From NCBI GenBank assembly GCA_902796925.1, contig CADBQW010000052.1:1-60918 (forward strand): a stretch of 60,918 nt of DNA, read 5' to 3'. The stretch's first letter is position 1; the number at the start of each line of letters is the position of its first letter. Source of the stretch: an uncultured bacterium. GTDB lineage: Bacteria > Cyanobacteriota > Vampirovibrionia > Gastranaerophilales > Gastranaerophilaceae. Position numbers and translations under genes: made by a program. The notes below the pieces were generated by a model. It did no database searches. It was not told where the DNA came from and saw only the letters and a program-made list of their open reading frames with translations. Of the stretch, positions 47,444 to 57,629 are shown piece after piece.

Positions 47444-47986
47444 TTAAAATATATTTTTAAAAGCGAGCGTTATCAAAATAAACCCTCCAACAATTTCAAG
47501 GTATCTTGGCGGAAACTTTTTGAACATGTTTCCGGACCAAAATCCGGTTAAAGACATTCCAAAAGATACAAGACCTATCATAAATGCGGGAATAAACAGT
47601 TCAGTATCTAATATACTTAAAGTTCCTCCTGCAACAAGAGCATCAATGCTCGTTGCAATGGCCATTGCCATTATACATTTCATATCAAGACAACAAATTT
47701 CATTTTTGCAGCGGTTTGCAAAGGCTTCAAATATAAATTTCATGCCCAGAGTAAAAAATACAGCAAAAACTATAAGTTTTGCGAAAGGTATCAGATATGT
47801 CTTAATAGAATTTGCGCCTAAATATCCGACACATGGGAACAAGCCCTGTCCTAACCCCATAGACAGAGCCAAAATTAACGAATACTTTTTTCTGTTTTGG
47901 GTGAGAATCAACCCTTGTGAAAATGATACCACAAGACAATCAATACCAAGTGCTATACTCAACATTAAAATTTCAAATAAACTCAA
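47444..47986 (-). CDS. mntP: Manganese efflux pump MntP
   Basis: 180 aa with two DUF204 repeats (IALGIDCLVVSF and IATSIDALVAG). Confidence 0.8.
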   Translation of the reverse strand: MSLFEILMLSIALGIDCLVVSFSQGLILTQNRKKYSLILALSMGLGQGLFPCVGYLGANSIKTYLIPFAKLIVFAVFFTLGMKFIFEAFANRCKNEICCLDMKCIMAMAIATSIDALVAGGTLSILDTELFIPAFMIGLVSFGMSLTGFWSGNMFKKFPPRYLEIVGGFILITLAFKNIF

Positions 47987-49361
47987 TTTCTACCTCAAAC
48001 AACCTGTGCCATGGAAAACTGTATCTAACGGAATTTACACAACCCAGAATACTTTCATATTTTTTCATTTTTTCAACAAGCAAACTCTCATCAGGGATAT
48101 CTAACTTCTGTCGAACATTCGCCTGATAACCCCAATCATCAAGTAGTCTTGTTAATTGTAATTTTAAAAACTCTGTCTTATTATAATCATTATCTGTAAA
48201 TTTTACAAGACCTCCGGCAATTAAGCTCCCTAAAGAATTTGCCGATGTATTCCAACCCGAATATCCAAGAAAATTATCTGAATTAAAATTTAAATTTTCT
48301 AAAAGTTTTTCTACAAAACTATTATCTGCTCCGTTTGCGAACCTTACATCAGCAATCATAAACGGTTTATCCGGAAGGTTTATTTCCCCCTTAAACGGTT
48401 CCGTCGGAATTTTCATTACAATCTCACCTTGATTATTTTTAAAATTATTAACAATTAAAACAATATCCGAGTCTGAGTAATTATTAGAAACTTTACATCC
48501 TGCAAGTTCTATCTGACTTCTCACCGATTCTTCTATTGATATATCCTCATAATTTGATATCAAGTGTTTATATTCGGGCTCAGTAAATATAGGAAAAATT
48601 CTTATACCATCAGGGTTATAATTTTCAGGTCTATTGGGTATTCCGGAATATACTGAGGTCAGATTTTTTGTAATTGCACGAGACAACAAACTTAAAGGAA
48701 TTTCATCTGCACCCGTTTTGACGAATCCTCCTTCAGCCTTTAATTTTCGCGCTTCTTGAACATTCAATCCAAATTGGGCACAATCATCTTTTGAAAAAAC
48801 TAAAGTATCGAAAATTCCCTCTTTTTGCCATTCAAGGTAGATTTTATTTATTTCAAAATTTCTTTTTCTGGTATTTAAATAATCTTTTAAAATTTCTTTG
48901 GGAATATCGGTTTTGGGCGGAAATCCTGTTTTGTCCGCAATATATGAATATTCAAAAATCTTTTTACCCCACATATTCCAATATTCTTTTTCTTCTTCAT
49001 TTATATTATTGTTAGAAATTCGCATTATACTTGAAAATGCGTATATCGGACAATCTTTTTCTTTCAGTATCACTTTTAAATTCTCAAGTAACGCCAGGAT
49101 TTCCGCTAACGGAGTGCTGCTTCTTCTGGATGGGATTAATCCTCCCCAAACTAGGGTATCTAATGAGATAATTATAGAATCAAACCCCTTCCAACTATTT
49201 AATATCTCAAATAAAATTTCTTTTCTGGCAGGTTTTGTAAGGTCCCCCAGTAATTCCCTTGGCGGCATTACAAGTTCAATATCAGAGTTAATTCCGGCAA
49301 TTAACTTTGGTAAAGTATAGCACACAGGGCGATTGTCAATCGGTATTAATCCTATTTTCAT
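47973..49361 (-). CDS. DUF4127-family protein
   Basis: The N-terminus MKIGLIPIDNRPVCYTLP and the overall length resemble DUF4127 as I remember it. This was not searched. Confidence 0.5.
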   Translation of the reverse strand: MKIGLIPIDNRPVCYTLPKLIAGINSDIELVMPPRELLGDLTKPARKEILFEILNSWKGFDSIIISLDTLVWGGLIPSRRSSTPLAEILALLENLKVILKEKDCPIYAFSSIMRISNNNINEEEKEYWNMWGKKIFEYSYIADKTGFPPKTDIPKEILKDYLNTRKRNFEINKIYLEWQKEGIFDTLVFSKDDCAQFGLNVQEARKLKAEGGFVKTGADEIPLSLLSRAITKNLTSVYSGIPNRPENYNPDGIRIFPIFTEPEYKHLISNYEDISIEESVRSQIELAGCKVSNNYSDSDIVLIVNNFKNNQGEIVMKIPTEPFKGEINLPDKPFMIADVRFANGADNSFVEKLLENLNFNSDNFLGYSGWNTSANSLGSLIAGGLVKFTDNDYNKTEFLKLQLTRLLDDWGYQANVRQKLDIPDESLLVEKMKKYESILGCVNSVRYSFPWHRLFEVEIEFI

Positions 49362-49396
49362 AATATTTATTATATGTTATTATTAAATTAAGGCAA

Positions 49397-50083
49397 ATGT
49401 TAAATATGATTGACAAATCTCCTCAAAAAATAAAAGAAATGTTTAACAGGATTTCTTCAAAGTATGATTTGATGAACAATTTTATATCACTGGGATTGCA
49501 TAAAATAATAAAAAAATGTGCCGTAAACGATTTGTTAAAAGATCGCAATGTTAACAATATCCTTGATTGTTGTACCGGTACAGGAGACATTGCTCTTATT
49601 TTAAAAACAAAATTTCCGGATTCCAAAATTACAGGTATAGATGTTTCACCCAAGATGTTGGAACTTGCAAAACAAAAAGTTAAAAACGTCAAATTTATTG
49701 AGGGCTCTTGCACGGATTTACCTTTTGAGGACAACTCTTTTGATCTGGTTACAATATTTTTTGGACTAAGAAACATTGAAGATTATGAAAAGGCAATAAG
49801 CGAAATCTACCGTATTCTCAAACCCGAAGGTAAAATTCTTTATCTTGACTTTGGCAAAAGTAAATATACTGTTACAATATTTAATATAATTGTTAACATT
49901 GTAGCAAAAATATTTTTTCAGGATATTTATCCATACAGATATTTACTAAAATCAAAAGAAGAATTTATGGTAGAATATGATTTGGTAAATGAATTTAAGC
50001 AAAAAAATATAGAGTTAATTGAACAAAAGAAATATGTTTTTAACACGATTTTGACATTGTTACTAAAAAAATGTAAGGAGTAA
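49397..50083 (+). CDS. ubiE: Demethylmenaquinone / ubiquinone-type C-methyltransferase (UbiE/MenG family)
   Basis: MFNRISSKYDLMNNFISLGLHKIIKK and a SAM motif ILDCCTGTGDIA. Confidence 0.8.
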   Translation: MLNMIDKSPQKIKEMFNRISSKYDLMNNFISLGLHKIIKKCAVNDLLKDRNVNNILDCCTGTGDIALILKTKFPDSKITGIDVSPKMLELAKQKVKNVKFIEGSCTDLPFEDNSFDLVTIFFGLRNIEDYEKAISEIYRILKPEGKILYLDFGKSKYTVTIFNIIVNIVAKIFFQDIYPYRYLLKSKEEFMVEYDLVNEFKQKNIELIEQKKYVFNTILTLLLKKCKE

Positions 50084-50085
50084 AA

Positions 50086-50490
50086 ATGATCCAAGCTATA
50101 AATAGTTATAACGTTTTTAAATGTAAAACACAACCGGCATTTGGCGGGGAAATAAATATAGTTGGAAATACAACTCGCGAAATGCAAAAAGAGCTATTTT
50201 ATAATCATGCAATACAAAAACTCGCAGATGAAGGTTACAATGTCACAATCAGAACATTCAGAAGATTCGCCTCTGAAAAGTCAAAAAAACATATGCCCAA
50301 TAGTAGAATATATAGAATGAAAATTAAAATTAAACCGGAAACCCCTACATTAAAAGATAAAATTATGAACATCATAAAACCAAAGTCGGGATACCTATCA
50401 AGACACTTCCATTCTGAAGAAACTCATCTTTATAATATTATACCAAGAATTAGCATAGCTCGTTTACATAATATTCTTAATCTTAAATAG
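50086..50490 (+). CDS. Hypothetical small basic protein with an N-terminal K-T-Q-P-A-F-G-G motif
   Basis: 134 aa, starting 3 nt after ubiE. Its N-terminal motif is shared with the 549-aa and 564-aa paralogs. Confidence 0.5.
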   Translation: MIQAINSYNVFKCKTQPAFGGEINIVGNTTREMQKELFYNHAIQKLADEGYNVTIRTFRRFASEKSKKHMPNSRIYRMKIKIKPETPTLKDKIMNIIKPKSGYLSRHFHSEETHLYNIIPRISIARLHNILNLK

Positions 50491-51295
50491 ATTGCTCTCT
50501 ATAGTCGGGAGTCATACTCCAGTGCAGTTTATTTTTTAAAATTTCATAAAAGTTCGATCCTTTTAATACCGCAAGTTTTGCGCAAAAGTCGGATTTTTTA
50601 ATTTCTATTTCTCTATCAAATTCGTAAAATGACTGTCCGTCACATGATGCAACATATTTGGAATGTGCAGAGCCAGCAAAAATTTTTATCACTTCACTGT
50701 CAGGCACAACCAGTGAACGCGCTGTCAATGTATGCGGGCATATTGGAGTTATAACGAACGAATTAAGTGCAGGATAAACTATGGGACCTCCCGCGGACAA
50801 ACCATATGCCGTAGAACCCGTCGGAGTTGATATTATTATTCCATCTGCCAAATAATCACATAGAAATTTATCATTGATTTGTAGGGCGAATTTTGAAGTT
50901 CTACCTGTCATTGTACCTTTTATGACAATATCATTTAAGGCAAGGTAATCTCCGCTTGAAAGCATTATACGATTTTGTACTTCAAATTCACCTTTGAAAA
51001 TCTTATTTACAGAATCATTTATATTCTCTCTGCAAGATTGTGATAAAAATCCAAGATGACCCAAATTTATACCAAAAACCACAGTATCGGATTTTGAATA
51101 AAATCTCGCAGTCTTGAGAATTGTACCATCACCACCTATTACAAATACAAAATCATATCCTAATTTTAAATTATCAATAGAAAAGGCCTTAAAAGAAACT
51201 CCTCTTTTTATCAAGAGAGAAGAAAGCTCATCTTTAACCTTTTGTGAACCTTCAATATTTTCGTTAAATACTATTGCAAAATTTTTATTTATCAT
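50483..51295 (-). CDS. nadK: NAD kinase
   Basis: FVFVIGGDGTIL, NLGHLGFL and STPTGSTAYGLSAGGP. Confidence 0.92.
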   Translation of the reverse strand: MINKNFAIVFNENIEGSQKVKDELSSLLIKRGVSFKAFSIDNLKLGYDFVFVIGGDGTILKTARFYSKSDTVVFGINLGHLGFLSQSCRENINDSVNKIFKGEFEVQNRIMLSSGDYLALNDIVIKGTMTGRTSKFALQINDKFLCDYLADGIIISTPTGSTAYGLSAGGPIVYPALNSFVITPICPHTLTARSLVVPDSEVIKIFAGSAHSKYVASCDGQSFYEFDREIEIKKSDFCAKLAVLKGSNFYEILKNKLHWSMTPDYREQSI

Positions 51296-51347
51296 ATCTG
51301 TTTATAAAACAATTTATATCACAAAAAAGATTTTTATTTAGTGAGTA

Positions 51348-53558
51348 TTAAAGAATATCAAGCGGATCTACGTCGATGGCAATCCTTATATCATTCGGAA
51401 GTTTTATTTTGCCGAGAAAATTTGAGATGAACTGATGTCCTCTATCTTCGAGTTTATTTTTTATTATAATTTGGAATCTAAAAAATCCATTGATTCTTTC
51501 AATTACACATGGGGTTGGTCCCAAAACCTCCAGTCGCTCTGATATTCCAAACTTATCAACCATCAAATTCATTCTCATTGCAATTTCTTGAGCCGACTTT
51601 TCTGCACGAAAATTATTCTGTGAACTTATAATCAATCTTACGATTTGACTAAAAGGAGGATAATCAAATTCCTCTCGCGCGATTATTTCCGTTCTATAAA
51701 AACTCTCATAATTCTGAGCCTTTGCACTTTCCAATGCGTAATACTCAGGATTATAAGTTTGAAAAAAAACTTGACCTTCAAATTCCCCTCTGCCTGCTCG
51801 ACCTGCAACTTGGGTTAAAAGTTGAAATCCTCTTTCAGAGGCCCGATAATCAGGAAGATTAAAGCTTGCATCCGCAGAAATAACTCCAACAAGTGTTACG
51901 TTTGGATTATCGAGGCCTTTTGCTATCATTTGGGTTCCTACCAATATGTCAATTTCCTTACGTTGGAACTTTTCTAAAAGTCTTATGTGTTCACCTTTCC
52001 TAACTAAAATATCGCTATCTATACGCTCAACTACCTTATCTGGGAAAATTTCCTTCACGTATTGTTCAATTTTTTGGGTTCCGGTACCGGAAGTTTTAAT
52101 TGCATTGGATCCACACTCAGGGCAAATTTTTGGAAAATGCTGCGTATGATTACAGTAATGACATTTTAGCATGTTGTCCTTAGCATGCCATATCATAGGG
52201 ATAGCGCAATTAGGACACTCAATAACATGACCGCATGCCTGACATTGACTGAAGGTTGAAAATCCTCTGCGATTGATTAAAAGTATTACTTGTTGTCCTT
52301 TATCCAGAGTTCCTGATATAGCAGTCTGCAGAGGTTTTGATATTATATTCTTGTATGCGGCACGACCATGTTCTTGCATATTAATTACGGTGACCGGTGC
52401 AACTTTTGTATTATTGAACCTGTTTTTCATAGTAAAAAGGTTACCCGAATTGAGGGCTTTATAATATACCGAAATATCCGGAGTCGCCGATCCTAATACT
52501 AAAGGGCAATTATGAAATTGTGAAAGTTTTTGAGCAACCACTTTGGCATCATATCTGGGTGCTGGGGAAGTTTGTTTGTATGCACCTTCATGTTCTTCAT
52601 CAATAATAATAAGCCCAATATTTCTTAATGGAGCAAACACGGCTGAGCGTGCACCTGCCAAGATTTTTATTTCATTTTTATAAAGTCTTTGCCATACATC
52701 GTAACGTTCACCGTCAGAAATTGAACTATGCCATATTGCAACATCTTGTGTTCCGAATTTTTTGGCAAGGCGTTTGGTTAACTGTGAGGCAAGAGCGATT
52801 TCCGGAGCAAGAAAAAGTACCGTTTTACCAGTATCAAGGGTATCTTTGATAAGTTTAAAATAAACTTCCGTTTTTCCTGATGCAGTAACTCCGTGAAGTA
52901 AAACGGTTTCGTTACTATTGAACTTTTCTTTTATTCTTTGATAAACTTTTTCCTGTTCCGTCGATAGTTCAAAAAGCGGCTCAGTTTTATCAATATTTAA
53001 TATATCAAGAGGGTTTCTGTATAACTGTTCATAAGTAATTCTTAAACAACCGATTGATTCCAGTTTTTTTAAGGTCGGCCTTGTGGTTTTTGCGAGTTTT
53101 TCAAAAATTGTAGTTGGACATTTTCCTGTTTTTTTTAGTTGTTGTAAAATTTCAATTTGCCTTTTTGTAGCATTATCAAAAGTTATGAATTCAACCCATT
53201 GCTCGGTTTTGGCGTTTTTTTCTATAAGCTTCATAGGTATTGCAGCGTTCAAAACCGTAATTAAATCGCAACAGTAATAGTTTGCAACCCATTCCAACAT
53301 CTTTAAATAATCAACAGTAAAAAGAGGGGTTTCTTCAATAATCCTGCTAATCTTTTTAGCCTTAATCTCCTCGGGCAAATAATCGGAAAACCCTACACAA
53401 AATGCATTCACTAATCCTTGCCTGCCAAAAGGTACTAAAAGTGCCTGACCAATTCGGATCGAATCCTTCATTTCATCAGGAATTATGTAGCTAAATGTTT
53501 TTACACCCAAAGCCTTTATATTAACAAGGCACAATGCATATTTGTGATTTTCAGTCAT
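51348..53558 (-). CDS. priA: Primosomal protein N' (replication restart helicase PriA)
   Basis: 736 aa with LLHGVTASGKTEVY (Walker A), IIIDEEH, and a Cys-rich zinc insertion (CQACGHVIECPNC...CHYC...CPECG). Confidence 0.95.
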   Translation of the reverse strand: MTENHKYALCLVNIKALGVKTFSYIIPDEMKDSIRIGQALLVPFGRQGLVNAFCVGFSDYLPEEIKAKKISRIIEETPLFTVDYLKMLEWVANYYCCDLITVLNAAIPMKLIEKNAKTEQWVEFITFDNATKRQIEILQQLKKTGKCPTTIFEKLAKTTRPTLKKLESIGCLRITYEQLYRNPLDILNIDKTEPLFELSTEQEKVYQRIKEKFNSNETVLLHGVTASGKTEVYFKLIKDTLDTGKTVLFLAPEIALASQLTKRLAKKFGTQDVAIWHSSISDGERYDVWQRLYKNEIKILAGARSAVFAPLRNIGLIIIDEEHEGAYKQTSPAPRYDAKVVAQKLSQFHNCPLVLGSATPDISVYYKALNSGNLFTMKNRFNNTKVAPVTVINMQEHGRAAYKNIISKPLQTAISGTLDKGQQVILLINRRGFSTFSQCQACGHVIECPNCAIPMIWHAKDNMLKCHYCNHTQHFPKICPECGSNAIKTSGTGTQKIEQYVKEIFPDKVVERIDSDILVRKGEHIRLLEKFQRKEIDILVGTQMIAKGLDNPNVTLVGVISADASFNLPDYRASERGFQLLTQVAGRAGRGEFEGQVFFQTYNPEYYALESAKAQNYESFYRTEIIAREEFDYPPFSQIVRLIISSQNNFRAEKSAQEIAMRMNLMVDKFGISERLEVLGPTPCVIERINGFFRFQIIIKNKLEDRGHQFISNFLGKIKLPNDIRIAIDVDPLDIL

Positions 53559-53563
53559 ATAGA

Positions 53564-53794
53564 TTATTCAGCCATGAATTCTTTTCTGGCATCTTCAATA
53601 GCTTCTGTCAAAATATCCAATTGCTCAGGCGTGAAGGTAACCCCCTTCTTGGTCGGAAGCCAAGTTTCACCTTCATCAGTTGTATAATATATACGCATGT
53701 TTAGATAACTATTTCCTTTATATTCACTTACAGATATTTGTAACTGTTCTGTAGCACTCCTCTCAATCGTTGCAAGAATTTTAGCATCTGCCAT
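53564..53794 (-). CDS. PC4/p15-like single-stranded DNA-binding protein
   Basis: 76 aa. LQISVSEYKGNSYLNMRIYYTTDEGETWLPTKKGVTFTPEQLDIL matches the PC4 (YdbC-like) fold pattern. It ends 5 nt upstream of priA. Confidence 0.65.
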   Translation of the reverse strand: MADAKILATIERSATEQLQISVSEYKGNSYLNMRIYYTTDEGETWLPTKKGVTFTPEQLDILTEAIEDARKEFMAE

Positions 53795-53884
53795 AATTTC
53801 TACTCCTTATTTATACTGACATTTAAATGATAGCATAAATTTATGTTTTTGGTAGAATTTTATTAAAGAAAAGGAGAAAACATT

Positions 53885-54634
53885 ATGATAAAAGTTGCGG
53901 TATGCGGTGCACTTGGAAAAATGGGAAAAGAAGTTGTTGAAGCAGTAAATAATTCGAACGACATGGAACTTGCCGCCAAAATAGATATCATAGGTGATTG
54001 TTATAAATCTATTGAAGATGCATATGAATCTGTAAAATTTGATATCGTTGTTGATTTTACGCAGCCTAAATCTATTTTCGAAAACGCAAAATACTGTCTT
54101 TCTAACGGAATAAAAATAGTTGTCGGAACAACGGGGTTGTCAGACGAACAGATTGAAGAACTCAAAAGTCTTTCAACAGATAATGATACAGGATGTTTAA
54201 TTGCTCCGAATTTTTCAACGGGGGCACTATTGATGATGAGATTCGCAGCAGAAGCGGCAAAATATTTTGATAACGCAGAAATAATAGAGCTTCATCATAA
54301 TCAAAAAAAAGATGCACCCTCAGGTACAGCAATAAAAACAGCTTTAATGATGGGGGAAGCAAAAAATAATTTCAAATTGAATAACTGCCCTGAAAAAGAA
54401 ACAATTCAAGGTTCACGCGGCGGAACCTCATATTCCGATATCCAAATCCATTCCGTAAGAATGCCGGGGTATATGGCATCCCAAGAAGTTTTATTTGGTT
54501 CCTCCGGGCAAATATTAAGTATAAGACATGATTCAACGGACAGAAAATGTTATATGCCGGGAGTTCTTATGGCAATAAGACATGTTGTAGAAAAAAACGA
54601 CTTCATCTATGGACTGGATAAAATATTAAATTAA
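53885..54634 (+). CDS. dapB: 4-hydroxy-tetrahydrodipicolinate reductase
   Basis: MIKVAVCGALGKMGKE NAD(P)-binding motif and ELHHNQKKDAPSGTA. Confidence 0.92.
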   Translation: MIKVAVCGALGKMGKEVVEAVNNSNDMELAAKIDIIGDCYKSIEDAYESVKFDIVVDFTQPKSIFENAKYCLSNGIKIVVGTTGLSDEQIEELKSLSTDNDTGCLIAPNFSTGALLMMRFAAEAAKYFDNAEIIELHHNQKKDAPSGTAIKTALMMGEAKNNFKLNNCPEKETIQGSRGGTSYSDIQIHSVRMPGYMASQEVLFGSSGQILSIRHDSTDRKCYMPGVLMAIRHVVEKNDFIYGLDKILN

Positions 54635-55755
54635 TAAAAATTTGTACTTAACCATTGTGAAAATTCTGTTAATGCAGGTTTGACAGATTCTTTTTCATTG
54701 GTATAACCAATGCGTAGAAAATTCTCATATTCCATCGTTGAACCCGGTAATATCATAATACCCGTATCTTGTTGAAGTTTTTGACACAATATTTCTGAAG
54801 GAATTTTCATATCATATTTAACAAATACAGTCGTTCCCGCATGAGGTTTAATGTAAGACAGATGTGGCTCTGCGCTCAACCATGAATCAAACATTTCTAT
54901 GTTTTCTCTGCATATCCGGTTATTTCGTGATACAATTTTATCTTTATTTTCCAAAGCTATAGATGCTAAGTAGTCATTGATTCTTCCTATACAAATTACG
55001 TGATAATTCCTTTGAATATTAATTTTTTCTACAATATCAGCCGGAGCAACAATCCATCCCAATCTCAAACCCGGCAGAGAAAACGTCTTTGACATACTGC
55101 CCGTTGAAATTCCTCTTTCATATATATCAAATATGGATTTAGTAAACGGTTTTCCGATGTGATTCAAGCCCCTGTATACTTCGTCGCAAAGAATGTAAGT
55201 TCCATATTTACGGGCAATTTGAGAAAGAGCTTCCAGAGTCTTTTCATCAAAAAGTTTGCCTGTCGGATTATTGGGGTTGTTTAGAAAAATCATCTTTGTT
55301 TTATTGGAAATAACTGATTTCAATTCATCAAAATCAATCTGCCAATTATTTTCTTCCCTTAAATATATTTTTTTTACCTTTGCCCCAACCGACTCAGGGA
55401 TAGAATAGTGCTGTTGGTATATTGGCAAAAATGTTATAACTTCATCATCTTTTTCAAGTAAAGAGATCATTGCTAGTGAATTTGCACCTATTGCACCGTG
55501 GGTTACAACTATATTGAAATCCATTGCATTATTATACAACCCCGCGATATTACGCCTAAGCCTCTCAGTACCGGGAACCCTGCCATATCCGAGTTTTAAA
55601 TCCAATATATCCTCAACAACTTTGCCAGGATTTTCGGAAAGTTTTGCTAATTCAGCAACACTTAAAACCCCAACACATGTATTGGTAAAATCAAATGTAC
55701 AGGAATTTTCATACTTGTTTATCCAGGTTTCTACCTTGAATTCTTCTATTTTCAT
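54631..55755 (-). CDS. Class I/II pyridoxal-phosphate-dependent aminotransferase
   Basis: NNPNNPTG and the PLP-lysine block GSMSKTFSLPGLRLGW. Confidence 0.85.
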   Translation of the reverse strand: MKIEEFKVETWINKYENSCTFDFTNTCVGVLSVAELAKLSENPGKVVEDILDLKLGYGRVPGTERLRRNIAGLYNNAMDFNIVVTHGAIGANSLAMISLLEKDDEVITFLPIYQQHYSIPESVGAKVKKIYLREENNWQIDFDELKSVISNKTKMIFLNNPNNPTGKLFDEKTLEALSQIARKYGTYILCDEVYRGLNHIGKPFTKSIFDIYERGISTGSMSKTFSLPGLRLGWIVAPADIVEKINIQRNYHVICIGRINDYLASIALENKDKIVSRNNRICRENIEMFDSWLSAEPHLSYIKPHAGTTVFVKYDMKIPSEILCQKLQQDTGIMILPGSTMEYENFLRIGYTNEKESVKPALTEFSQWLSTNFY

Positions 55756-55760
55756 AAAAA

Positions 55761-57512
55761 TTATTCCGAAAGTAGTTTCTCTGCCAATTTTGCCTCAACT
55801 CTGCCGTTTAGATTCTTATCAATCTCACGCATTTTGGCTGCTATTTGTTCCATTTCTTCTGTCCATACAAAGTTATCAAGAACATATTTCTCGCCTTTGG
55901 CAAAATCTCTATCAATCTGAATCCTCACAATTTCAGCTAACATAGCTTTCGCTGCAGGAACAACTTTTTCTATATTAACATGAATTTTGCCTTCGTCATT
56001 TAATTCTATAGCACCATGGTCGAACAAATATTTATTCTGCATAACCGAACGTACTCTATGGGCCTGTGATAAAGTTGGTTTGGATTTTAAGAAATTGTCG
56101 GCAACGAAAGTTACACAAATTTGATTGTACTGTTCTTCTGTATACATCCCATTATCACGAAGAATATCAATCATTGCCAAAGATGCCATATCAGCTTTAT
56201 TTTCTTCAATTATGCTTTTATATTTACCCAGAGCTTCAGTACCCTTATTGGGTCCTAAAGAATGAGCATTTTCATGTCCTATTGTGAACCAGTGATCAGC
56301 CTCATTTAAATAGAACTTATGTTGCTCTTTGTCTAAAAGGGTATCCAATCTTTTTTGAAGTTTGGTATAATCAGAGATGAATCTTATTTGCCTGTGATAT
56401 ACATTTCGTCTGCCACCACCTATTTTCAATGACATTTTATCATCATTAGGGAGATTTTCAGCCAAAGTTATACCCGCACGATAAGCCCCAACATCACCGT
56501 TTACCTGAACTAAATCCACATCAACCATCGTTTGTGATGAATTTTCATCCTTTACTTTTGCTAAAACTGTATTTTGAGGTTTTATATTTTGTTCATATTC
56601 ATCTTTAAAAGGCATATTATATGCCAATAACGGTAAATATTTTTTTATTTTAAATAAATATTCTGTACCTTCTTTATTAACGATTCCTATTCTTGCACCC
56701 AGAAAGTCTTTTGAAACAGGTTCTATATTATTTTCAATTAAAAGTTGTTTTAATTTTTCATTTTCATAAACCGTTTCTGTCATTTCATCAGAATAATTTT
56801 CGCGAGTTATTGTAAATTCTAAAGGGGTATCTTCCAAGGTTGCCCATTTTTTATCGGCATATGCATCAAGCATAGGATCGACCTTACGTAAGGCTTCTGC
56901 TTGAAGTTTCATATATTCATTAAAGTCTGCATTGGTCGATACTTTCCCTGCTTTTTCGAGCCAATCAGCCATTTTCGAAAAATCTTGTTTAAAACAATCA
57001 ATGTAATCAATAGCTTTTAAATACTCTCCGTCTCGTATAATTACGGAACGCTGATTTAAAATTTTTCTGACTTCTTCAACTTTTCCTTCATTCAACATAT
57101 TTATTAAAATAGAATGAAACTCCTCCTTTGTAAGATTTTCAGGATATAAACCTTTGCCCGGAAGCTCTTTTATCCCTTTTGCGAGTTCTATTTTATTTGA
57201 TTCCCTATCGAGTGAGCACAAACCTTTTTGGGCATCGAACAATATTTTTGTTAATTCAGCTTGTCTGTTCCCTTTTGTAATTTCTTCTTCTAAAAATGCT
57301 TTAAATCCTAAATTTTCTTTATTGTCTAGTTGCATATTTATTTTTTCAAGAATATCTCCGGCTTTAACGAGATATTTCAAAGCTTTCTTATCTCCCTCTT
57401 GTAGATCTAAATATTCTTTAGATTCGGGAGTAAGAAGTTTTTTTGTTGCCAAATATTCTTTATCTGTTCTTTTTTCCAATTCTTCCATGGATAAATTAAG
57501 TTCGTAATTCAT
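55761..57512 (-). CDS. Putative zinc metallopeptidase (HExxH; DPP-III/M49-related?)
   Basis: 583 aa with a single HENAH motif (TIGHENAHSLGP) followed by EENKAD. The family assignment is tentative. Confidence 0.4.
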   Translation of the reverse strand: MNYELNLSMEELEKRTDKEYLATKKLLTPESKEYLDLQEGDKKALKYLVKAGDILEKINMQLDNKENLGFKAFLEEEITKGNRQAELTKILFDAQKGLCSLDRESNKIELAKGIKELPGKGLYPENLTKEEFHSILINMLNEGKVEEVRKILNQRSVIIRDGEYLKAIDYIDCFKQDFSKMADWLEKAGKVSTNADFNEYMKLQAEALRKVDPMLDAYADKKWATLEDTPLEFTITRENYSDEMTETVYENEKLKQLLIENNIEPVSKDFLGARIGIVNKEGTEYLFKIKKYLPLLAYNMPFKDEYEQNIKPQNTVLAKVKDENSSQTMVDVDLVQVNGDVGAYRAGITLAENLPNDDKMSLKIGGGRRNVYHRQIRFISDYTKLQKRLDTLLDKEQHKFYLNEADHWFTIGHENAHSLGPNKGTEALGKYKSIIEENKADMASLAMIDILRDNGMYTEEQYNQICVTFVADNFLKSKPTLSQAHRVRSVMQNKYLFDHGAIELNDEGKIHVNIEKVVPAAKAMLAEIVRIQIDRDFAKGEKYVLDNFVWTEEMEQIAAKMREIDKNLNGRVEAKLAEKLLSE

Positions 57513-57629
57513 TTCTTTCTCCTTATTTGATTATAGAGTAGCATTTTTACTATGTTTTGTAAAGATAAATAAATTTCTATCCTACAAATAAAGGGTTTAC
57601 TTGTAAGAAAAAAACATTAATATAAGATT

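Noticed and set aside
47444-47986. yybP-ykoY manganese riboswitch expected upstream of mntP
   Set aside because: mntP overlaps the upstream DUF4127 gene by 14 nt, so there is no leader region that could hold a riboswitch.
47520-48126. 194-aa and 69-aa plus-strand ORFs, together with similar long antisense ORFs at 21711-22241, 55514-55945, 57154-57507 and 48898-49320
   Set aside because: All lie fully inside, and antisense to, genes with strong family signatures (mntP/DUF4127, flhA, the aminotransferase and the peptidase). They have low-complexity translations and no ribosome-binding sites, and are shadow ORFs typical of AT-rich DNA.
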